Virus record (IMG/VR): IMGVR_UViG_3300018080_000572
Location: 1-24,693 of that record
Reading direction: 5' to 3' (one strand)
Source: a virus
Lineage: Duplodnaviria; Caudoviricetes
Length of the DNA: 24,693 nucleotides
The notes under the pieces are model-generated. The model did not search any database and was not told the DNA's origin. It worked only from the letters and a program-made list of their open reading frames with translations. Position numbers and translations under genes: made by a program. Shown piece by piece: positions 9,399 to 15,721 of this stretch. How positions within the stretch are numbered: position 1 is the stretch's first letter; every line of letters starts with the position of its first letter.

Positions 9399-9416
9399 GC
9401 CGTTAATTTTAGAACT

Positions 9417-9635
9417 ATGATTCAAAATTGGAATGATAAAATAGACTTTGGTAAATTTAAAGGACAAACAGTAAAGCAAGTTTTTGAATATGATGCGACC
9501 TACTTGTGGTGGGCAATGATGAATACTGATAGAACCAACTTTGAAAAAGAAGTAAAGGATGCTATTCAAAAACGAACAGAAGAGATAGATGCTGAAAAGT
9601 ATGAAGATTTATCTTGGGGTGACTTTCATACTTAA
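9417..9635 (+). CDS. Cassette gene: DUF3820/exonuclease X C-terminal-like small domain protein
   Basis: ATG 9417; IDFGKFKGQTVKQV...DATYLWW motif. Confidence 0.7.
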   Translation: MIQNWNDKIDFGKFKGQTVKQVFEYDATYLWWAMMNTDRTNFEKEVKDAIQKRTEEIDAEKYEDLSWGDFHT

Positions 9636-9639
9636 TGGC

Positions 9640-9699
9640 ACACAACGATGTAGCTATGGTGCGTATCCCGTAGGGTATGCACCATAGCGTGTGTTGTGT
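9640..9699. mobile_element. attC-like recombination site 2
   Basis: ACACAAC(9640-9646), then 16-bp stem GCTATGGTGCGTATCC(9653-9668)/GGGTATGCACCATAGC(9673-9688), then GTTGTGT(9693-9699). Begins just after a stop codon. Confidence 0.8.
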
Positions 9700-9733
9700 G
9701 TAGTGCGGATTATTAACGATAAATTTAATTAGA

Positions 9734-10033
9734 ATGAAAATACCGAAAAAATTCAAAGTCTTTGCGTCTACAATAAATGTAGGCTTTGAAAATGCGAGAT
9801 TAAGTAACGAAGGAGTGCTTGGTGATTGTAGTTTTACTGATAACCAGATAAATATTTGCACTGAATACAAAGGCGAAAAAGTATCTGAATGTAGTACGAT
9901 AGACACATTCTACCATGAAAAAGTACATATTATTTTAGATGCTATGGGAGAGCATGAACTATCTAAACAAGAAAAATTTGTAGAAGTATTTGCGAGGTTG
10001 CTAAGGCAGTCTGATGAAAGTGCAGAATTTTAG
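9734..10033 (+). CDS. Cassette gene: small zincin-like (HExxH) metallopeptidase
   Basis: LGDCSFTDNQINI...TFYHEKVHIILD...EKFVE pattern. Confidence 0.7.
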   Translation: MKIPKKFKVFASTINVGFENARLSNEGVLGDCSFTDNQINICTEYKGEKVSECSTIDTFYHEKVHIILDAMGEHELSKQEKFVEVFARLLRQSDESAEF

Positions 10034-10063
10034 CATTACCCCCAACTAGTTGCTAAACGCAAC
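10033..10063. mobile_element. Terminal half-site of array A (attI-like or truncated attC)
   Basis: GCATTACCCCCAAC is complementary (11/14 Watson-Crick) to the cassette start GTTGTGTGTAGTGC. It is followed by TAGTTGCTAAACGCAAC, with no long partner arm. Confidence 0.45.
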
Positions 10064-10155
10064 GACAAATTTGACTTATAAAAAAACTTTTAATAAAGGT
10101 TTTTAATGAAAACAGTATTAACGCATCGTTTTCATGGTTTCGTTGTTTTGGTTAT

Positions 10156-10183
10156 GCCCCCTTGATGCGTGGGGGCTTTTTTT
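10156..10183 (+). terminator. Intrinsic terminator between the convergent arrays
   Basis: GCCCCC/GGGGGC stem followed by T7. Confidence 0.75.
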
Positions 10184-10703
10184 ATTTAAGCAACCTTTTT
10201 GCTTTGTAAATGAGATTAGGCGTTAAACCAGCGTAAGGGTCAACCCAAATAAAGTTTTCGCGCTGCCACCATAGCACATCACTATCATCATCAAATATTA
10301 CGTATTGAAGGTTTGACACTTTTTCGTTAAGTATTCCTTTGTTGTTTTCAATCCATGCTTTGATTTCACAACCACGAGGAACTGAGGTGTTTCGCCAATC
10401 TTCGCCCTGATTATGACCAAACCATAAGTAAGGCGTTTTTCCAATTATTTCACCTTTAAAGCCGAACCAATCAAACAGTTCAGTTAAATCTTCAACCGTT
10501 CTACCGTTTCGCCATGATGAAGATATAACCACTTTTGCGCCTGTTGCATCAATTAAATTGTTTAACAATCCAACCTTTTCAGGGTCAATATCATGCGCTC
10601 CATTTGGCGCGTCTGTGGTTAACTCCTTTCTTTTATCGCATTGCCGTTGATAAAATAGTTGGTGGTTCAGAACCCCGTCTATGTCTAAAAAAATCAGTTT
10701 CAT
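10182..10703 (-). CDS. HAD-superfamily phosphatase (Swiss-army-knife RNA repair-type HAD domain), copy 1
   Basis: IFLDIDGVLN, VVISSSWR, RGCEIKAW, YVIFDD and GLT motifs. Confidence 0.88.
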   Translation of the reverse strand: MKLIFLDIDGVLNHQLFYQRQCDKRKELTTDAPNGAHDIDPEKVGLLNNLIDATGAKVVISSSWRNGRTVEDLTELFDWFGFKGEIIGKTPYLWFGHNQGEDWRNTSVPRGCEIKAWIENNKGILNEKVSNLQYVIFDDDSDVLWWQRENFIWVDPYAGLTPNLIYKAKRLLK

Positions 10704-10721
10704 CTTATGTCAAATTACTGT

Positions 10722-10782
10722 AGCCAACATCACCTAAAAAATACCTACGGTCGCTGCGCTATTTTTTATCCTACCGTTGTGT
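10722..10782. mobile_element. attC-like recombination site 3
   Basis: AGCCAAC(10722-10728), 6 nt, TAAAAAATA(10735-10743)/TATTTTTTA(10760-10768), 7 nt, GTTGTGT(10776-10782). Confidence 0.65.
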
Positions 10783-10826
10783 GTAATAAAATAAAACCCA
10801 CCGCACTTTGGCTGCTAAGGCAGCCA

Positions 10827-11726
10827 TTATGAAAAAACCTCACAGCTTTCTTCACATCCATTAGTTACGTCAAGTTCAGTTCCATCATGTAAAATTGAAA
10901 CTTGATAATTCGTAAGGTGGCGTTCATCAATTGCACGTTCAAAATTTTCTTCTTTTCCAATGTCAAACACATCATTCACGGTCTTATGCTCTCTAAAAAA
11001 GTGATGCGGTGCTTTATAGGTTTTGTGGTCTTTTCTTCCAGCTGGTGTAAACTCTGAAAATTCACTTTCCATGCGCTTAAATACTTGAAACCAATCAGGA
11101 GTTTCAACGCTAATAGTTGCCAGTTTTCTAAATGATTTCTTCCAACAGGTTTTGCAGTTTCCCTCATAGGTTTTAATTCCTAATCGAAAAGGCATCTTAG
11201 ACCAAAATGCGTTAATTAAAGGTTTGCTTATGTCGGCATGAATTAGCGGATAGTAATGTTTTCCAGCTCTATCAATTTCATCTGCACGAATACCAATTGC
11301 GTAGGTAATATCTTTCGGCTTCCAACCGATTGAACTCATATATCTGTTCATGGGGTATTCCTTCAATTCCCTTGTGCAAATCATGTTTTCCATGTTGGGT
11401 ATTCCTTGGCGTTCAATCATCTTTCTAAAAGGGTGGTTTTGCCAACCATTTGCAACTTCAATCGGATTATCGCTTCTGTAAGCAGTTTGAAAATTCACTT
11501 GCTTAAAAGATGGTTTTTCGTTCACCACATCAAATTCCACCCACGTTACATTAAGTCCAAAATACTTATCGCATTGGTCAACAAATTCAAGTGTTTCTTC
11601 CGCTTCTTCGCCAGTATTGGCAAAGATGAATTTCATATCGTATTCATGTGATTTATTGAGCAATAGCCAATTGCACATATAAGCCGATGTTTCTCCTCCA
11701 GAAAATGATACTACTAATTTTTCCAC
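10827..11726 (-). CDS. Cassette gene: PAPS reductase-like / PP-loop adenine nucleotide alpha hydrolase with Cys motifs
   Basis: VVSFSGGETSAYM PP-loop, FANTGEE, CTRELK, IGIRADE, GNCKTCWKKS and C-terminal CEESC. Confidence 0.88.
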   Translation of the reverse strand: MEKLVVSFSGGETSAYMCNWLLLNKSHEYDMKFIFANTGEEAEETLEFVDQCDKYFGLNVTWVEFDVVNEKPSFKQVNFQTAYRSDNPIEVANGWQNHPFRKMIERQGIPNMENMICTRELKEYPMNRYMSSIGWKPKDITYAIGIRADEIDRAGKHYYPLIHADISKPLINAFWSKMPFRLGIKTYEGNCKTCWKKSFRKLATISVETPDWFQVFKRMESEFSEFTPAGRKDHKTYKAPHHFFREHKTVNDVFDIGKEENFERAIDERHLTNYQVSILHDGTELDVTNGCEESCEVFS

Positions 11727-11770
11727 CCTTCTTTTTATTTTACTTGCCTACGCACAAAGCGACCGCACAC

Positions 11771-11861
11771 ACACAACACCAGCTATACAAAAAAGCGGAC
11801 AGGTTGGCGGTAAATTGAAAGTTCATCTTAGTGCTTCTTTGCATAGCTGTTTCCGTTGCTA
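11771..11861. mobile_element. attC-like recombination site 4
   Basis: ACACAAC(11771-11777), 17-bp stem CAGCTATACAAAAAAGC(11780-11796)/GCTTCTTTGCATAGCTG(11833-11849), then GTTGCTA at 11855. The two stem mismatches become G.T pairs on the minus strand. Confidence 0.78.
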
Positions 11862-12386
11862 CAATAATAGCCGCTGTGCCTTGTATATCAGGTGTGGCGT
11901 TAATCCAGCGTAAGGGTCAACCCAAATGAAATTATTTCTTTGCCACCAAAGCATGTCGCAACCATCATCGAATATCACATATTGAAGTTTTGACATCTTC
12001 TCCCCAAGTATTCCTTTGTTGTTTTCAAGCCATGCTTTGATTTCGCAACCGCGCGGAACAGATGTGTTACGCCATTCTTCTCCTTGGTCGTGATTGAACC
12101 ACAAGTAAGGTGTCTTGCCAATTATCTCACCTTTGAAACCAAACCAGTCAAACAATTCTTTCAAATCATCAATCGACCGACCACTTCGCCATGAGGATGA
12201 TATGACAACTTTTGCGCCAGTAGCATCAATCAGGTTATTTAGTAATCCTATCTTTTCGGGGTCAATATCATGCGCCCCATCTGGAGCATTTTCAGGAAGT
12301 TCCTTCCATCTATCGGCTTGACGTTTTTCATGCCAAAACAATTGACTGTTAAGAACTCCGTCTATATCTAGGAATATCAATTTCAT
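11859..12386 (-). CDS. HAD-superfamily phosphatase (Swiss-army-knife RNA repair-type HAD domain), copy 2
   Basis: Same motifs as 10182..10703; roughly 80% amino-acid identity by eye. Confidence 0.88.
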   Translation of the reverse strand: MKLIFLDIDGVLNSQLFWHEKRQADRWKELPENAPDGAHDIDPEKIGLLNNLIDATGAKVVISSSWRSGRSIDDLKELFDWFGFKGEIIGKTPYLWFNHDQGEEWRNTSVPRGCEIKAWLENNKGILGEKMSKLQYVIFDDGCDMLWWQRNNFIWVDPYAGLTPHLIYKAQRLLL

Positions 12387-12419
12387 GTTTACTGTTTATT
12401 TATTTACTAATATAGTTAA

Positions 12420-12770
12420 TTCTGCTTTTGTTAGATTCAAGGTTTGTGAAGGTCAGCACAAGCAAGTCTAACCCCCTACCCCCTAAAGAGAGTTAGACTT
12501 ACCTGAACACATTCTGCTTCCGTTGAGTTCATAGGAATTAGTTTTGGCTGATAGCGCGTAGCAAGTCTGAGAAGGCGCGTTTCTATCATTTAACAGCGGG
12601 TACACTCATTAACTTGGTATTGAGTTGACCTAATCGTTTAATGGACCCTACTGTTTTTATTTTGTTTGGCTTAGAACAATACCCAAAAAAAACCCCGTCA
12701 ATAGTGGAGGCTATATCAGGGGTTCTTATGGTATCCTTGTAATCACTGCCTCCACAATGATTGAATTATC
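12420..12770 (-). ncRNA. Putative long structured non-coding RNA/leader
   Basis: No listed ORF. Multiple helices, with G.U pairs favouring the minus strand, lie downstream of a minus-strand TATATTTG box. Confidence 0.5.
12685..12724 (-). terminator. Intrinsic terminator/attenuator in the leader
   Basis: Minus strand reads AACCCC-TGATATAG-CCTCCA-CTATTGAC-GGGGTT followed by a T-run. Confidence 0.7.
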
Positions 12771-12775
12771 TGATG

Positions 12776-12783
12776 CAAATATA
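12776..12783 (-). promoter_or_regulatory. Bacteroidota -7 promoter box (leftward)
   Basis: CAAATATA on + equals TATATTTG on -; divergent from the capsid promoter. Confidence 0.65.
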
Positions 12784-12832
12784 AAAAAATTTTCATTCAC
12801 ATAGCGCAAACAGATTTAAACTAAATTATTCT

Positions 12833-12840
12833 TACCTTTG
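12833..12840 (+). promoter_or_regulatory. Bacteroidota -7 promoter box for the capsid operon
   Basis: TACCTTTG, 100 nt upstream of ATG 12941. Confidence 0.65.
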
Positions 12841-12880
12841 TAAAAGCGGTTATTCGTGGGGTGACCTTACCCATTATAAA

Positions 12881-12934
12881 AGGTTTACGAGGCTAAAAGG
12901 ACAGCCTGCATACGTCCAAGTATCAAGTAAACCT
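12881..12934 (+). promoter_or_regulatory. 5' UTR H-type pseudoknot, copy 2
   Basis: Stem 1 AGGCT(12890-12894)/AGCCT(12903-12907); stem 2 GGAC(12899-12902)/GTCC(12914-12917); enclosing helix AGGTTTAC(12881-12888)/GTAAACCT(12927-12934). Confidence 0.7.
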
Positions 12935-12940
12935 AATAAA

Positions 12941-13993
12941 ATGAGTTACACTCCTTCAACTCTTGTAGCTTGTCCTAACATACAAGAGAGATTAGATAGC
13001 GTGTTTGAAAATGAAAACGCACGCTTTTTTCAGGACAAAATTCCATTCTCTGAATTTTTGATGTCTCCACTCAACCGTAATGAGCTTGCTCAACGTGTTG
13101 CACCGGGACGTTCCAAAATCAGAACAGTTGATTTAACGTATCAACCACGAATCCTTCAAAGTGAGAAATTTACCAACAGCTCAGACTATTGTACTGCAAC
13201 ATCCGAGCGTGGTGATACTTCTGCATCTTACGAAATCGACACTACTCAAAACGTAGGGTTTGAACAAAAGTTTGATGTTGAGAAGTTGAAATCATCTTGT
13301 GAAGATAACGAGATGTGGTTTATGGATCAAGTTGGTAAGATGGTAGCGGCTACTGACGTAGCTGTTAACGATAAGAACGCTTCACAGGCTAACGCTCTAT
13401 TGGGCGGATGGTCAACTGATGTTTCAGGTGTTCCTTTCGTGACTTTGAATGGTGATATTTTGGAAGTTCAGACGCTTGTTCCTTCAAGCACTTACGAACC
13501 ATTTCCGTCAACGCTTCAGGGCATTCAATCTGCATTGAGCGCGTCAAGTTTCGGTAACTCTACGTTGGTTGGTGGTTTCCAACTACACAACTACTTAGAG
13601 CTTATTCGTAACGGATGTTGCACAGACTACGGATTGGACATTGCAGGAATCCAAGCTGATTACGGTATTGCCTCTATTTACGATAGAGCAGTAGCATCTA
13701 CGCAAGGCAACAACGCGACTGCTTGGGCGGTAGCTAACGGAGCATTGCAAGTGCTTTACTACAACCGTTGGTCAGGTCTTTTCGAGGCTCAAGACGCCAA
13801 TCAGTCTTACGGTCAAATTATGGGTGCTTTGGGTATTCCTTACGATTTGGTCATTAAGCATGATTGCGGTGTGATTCAAGTAACCGTAACAGCCACAACT
13901 AAGTTGGTAGCACTACCTGATGATATGTATCAGACAGGTGACCACTTGGATGGTGTGAAAGGTTTCGCTGAAATCAACGTAGTTAATTCGTAA
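12941..13993 (+). CDS. Putative major capsid protein
   Basis: 350 aa with its own promoter and a downstream terminator, biased codon use, and a position in the head module near scaffold and portal. Confidence 0.75.
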   Translation: MSYTPSTLVACPNIQERLDSVFENENARFFQDKIPFSEFLMSPLNRNELAQRVAPGRSKIRTVDLTYQPRILQSEKFTNSSDYCTATSERGDTSASYEIDTTQNVGFEQKFDVEKLKSSCEDNEMWFMDQVGKMVAATDVAVNDKNASQANALLGGWSTDVSGVPFVTLNGDILEVQTLVPSSTYEPFPSTLQGIQSALSASSFGNSTLVGGFQLHNYLELIRNGCCTDYGLDIAGIQADYGIASIYDRAVASTQGNNATAWAVANGALQVLYYNRWSGLFEAQDANQSYGQIMGALGIPYDLVIKHDCGVIQVTVTATTKLVALPDDMYQTGDHLDGVKGFAEINVVNS

Positions 13994-14001
13994 ATTGTAA
14001 C

Positions 14002-14032
14002 GGGGGTTGGTTTCGGCTAACCCCCTTTATTT
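14002..14032 (+). terminator. Intrinsic terminator after the capsid gene
   Basis: GGGGGTTGGT-TTCG-GCTAACCCCC followed by TTTATTT. Confidence 0.8.
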
Positions 14033-14038
14033 AACTCA

Positions 14039-15034
14039 ATGAGCTGTTTCGATAATATCATATCTTACAAAGGCGGTTGCACAAGTGTTAGCGGTCTGCT
14101 ATTGGATGAACTTATTCCTATTCGTGAGGTTGAAAAATACACGGGTGAAGATTACGGAACGGCTAGTGAACTGATTGAAGATAAGATTGACTTTGCGGTT
14201 AGGCTTATAAAAAAGGAACTTATCGGAATGTTCCAACATAACTACATTCCGAGAACCATTTTAGAAAACAAACGTGCTGGATTCATTGCAGAAACGCAAA
14301 CAGAAAAATCGGCAGCAGCACAATTCAGAGGCGTTGAACTAAGAGTATGCAACCAAGAAAGCTACCTTAGCTTATACGTTTCTTCGATTGATACTTATTT
14401 GAATTATACGGGTGCTTTGAATGTTTTGGTAATTGACACCATGACGGGCGAAACACTTGACACGATAGCGGTAACTTCGGTTGCTGGACAAGTTGTAACA
14501 ACTTACGTAGATAAGACTTACAACGCTGAAAAGCGCAAGCGTAGAATTGCGTTCGTTTACGATTGCACGTCTATTTCTAATTATCTTACTTCATTAATTG
14601 GTGAAGGTTGCACAACTTGCAACGGTGGGTTGTATAACTTGAACGATTGGATAACAGGGAGGTCAATCAAATACGATACGGGCGCAACTCCAATTTTGGC
14701 GAATATAGACGGTCATACGGACACGGCAGGACTTAGCATAAACTTTAGTCTGATTTGCGACCAAGAAAGCTGGTTGTGTGCAAGTCGTAACCTGTTAGCA
14801 ATGCCTATCATGTATCGAACGGCTCAGGCTATTTTAGAGTATGCTTACTTCAATTCTGATAGATTCAACTCCAAGACTGCAATTAGAAAGGATGAGATGA
14901 AAGAGCGCATCGGCTTGTACCATTCCGACTATACTAAACAGATGGAATTGATATTGAAGAATATTAGAACGCCTATGGACGGTATTTGTTTCACTTGTAA
15001 ACCACGCTCAAAATCAGTAACAACGCTACCATAA
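14039..15034 (+). CDS. Putative head completion/head-tail adaptor protein with inserted beta domain
   Basis: Directly follows the capsid gene. Helical N- and C-termini flank a beta-rich centre; CxxC pairs present. Confidence 0.45.
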   Translation: MSCFDNIISYKGGCTSVSGLLLDELIPIREVEKYTGEDYGTASELIEDKIDFAVRLIKKELIGMFQHNYIPRTILENKRAGFIAETQTEKSAAAQFRGVELRVCNQESYLSLYVSSIDTYLNYTGALNVLVIDTMTGETLDTIAVTSVAGQVVTTYVDKTYNAEKRKRRIAFVYDCTSISNYLTSLIGEGCTTCNGGLYNLNDWITGRSIKYDTGATPILANIDGHTDTAGLSINFSLICDQESWLCASRNLLAMPIMYRTAQAILEYAYFNSDRFNSKTAIRKDEMKERIGLYHSDYTKQMELILKNIRTPMDGICFTCKPRSKSVTTLP

Positions 15035-15098
15035 AAGTTGGCAACCAAGAGGTTATCACTATCTTTTATGAAGATGGTAGTTTTAAGATGTTCTACGT

Positions 15099-15668
15099 AT
15101 GGCTCAACTGACAGAGGCACAATTCGCTAATAAGATTCGTGAGAAGGTCAAACTACTTGCGAAGGACAACGTGCCTTTAAAGTTGGCGGCTGCAAGTGTT
15201 CACGCTGATAGAATCAATAGAATCTTTTACGTTGGTTTAAATTCAAACTCGGCACGTATTGGAACATACGACACAACGCGCGAACTATGGGTGTCTGATA
15301 ACCAACTAAGGCGAAAAGGAACGAACAGAGGTAAGACTGGAAAGCCTACCAAAACAAGTTATTACAAAAACTACAAGACTTTAAAAAAGCAACAAGGCTT
15401 TAGGGATGATAGGGTTAACTTACGGATGACAAACAACCTGCAAAGTGAGTTTGCAAATGTTAACATCAGCGCGTCAAGTAATACTATTCCAAGAAACGCA
15501 AAACCTATAAAGGTCAATAAGGATAAGTACATTGAACGCATTGACAACGTTAAGAAGCTGGAAGGAATAGAGGCTAAATACGGAGATGTTTTTGATTTTA
15601 CCAAAGGTGAGGTTAACAAGTTTTACAAAGTGTATAACGCAGAAGCAATACGAATTTTAGAATCATAG
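15099..15668 (+). CDS. Putative neck/tail-completion (virion morphogenesis) protein
   Basis: Basic 189 aa protein with VNLRMTNNLQ, resembling the L..TG.L motif of neck proteins; context fits. Confidence 0.5.
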   Translation: MAQLTEAQFANKIREKVKLLAKDNVPLKLAAASVHADRINRIFYVGLNSNSARIGTYDTTRELWVSDNQLRRKGTNRGKTGKPTKTSYYKNYKTLKKQQGFRDDRVNLRMTNNLQSEFANVNISASSNTIPRNAKPIKVNKDKYIERIDNVKKLEGIEAKYGDVFDFTKGEVNKFYKVYNAEAIRILES

Positions 15669-15670
15669 TC

Positions 15671-15721
15671 ATGGGATGTAATTGCGGTAAAAAGAAAGGC
15701 GGTAAAAAGAAGTACAAGTAA
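15671..15721 (+). CDS. Micro-peptide MGCNCGKKKGGKKKYK (not in ORF track)
   Basis: Starts 2 nt after the upstream stop; its TAA overlaps the portal ATG (TAATG). Confidence 0.5.
   Translation: MGCNCGKKKGGKKKYK

Noticed and set aside
10827-11726. Host-type cysH auxiliary metabolic gene or complete Dnd phosphorothioation system
   Set aside because: The motif pattern fits the phage PP-loop/PAPS-reductase-like family, no other dnd/ssp or sulfur assimilation genes are present, and function cannot be assigned.
9272-11861. CRISPR array interpretation of the repeated GTTGTGTG/CACACAAC motifs
   Set aside because: The repeats are not identical or regularly spaced, the intervening segments are whole genes, and no cas genes are present.
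10182-12386. Diversity-generating retroelement template/variable repeat pair, or assembly duplication
   Set aside because: Differences are spread over all bases and are often synonymous rather than adenine-specific, and there is no reverse transcriptase. The divergence is too large for an assembly artefact.
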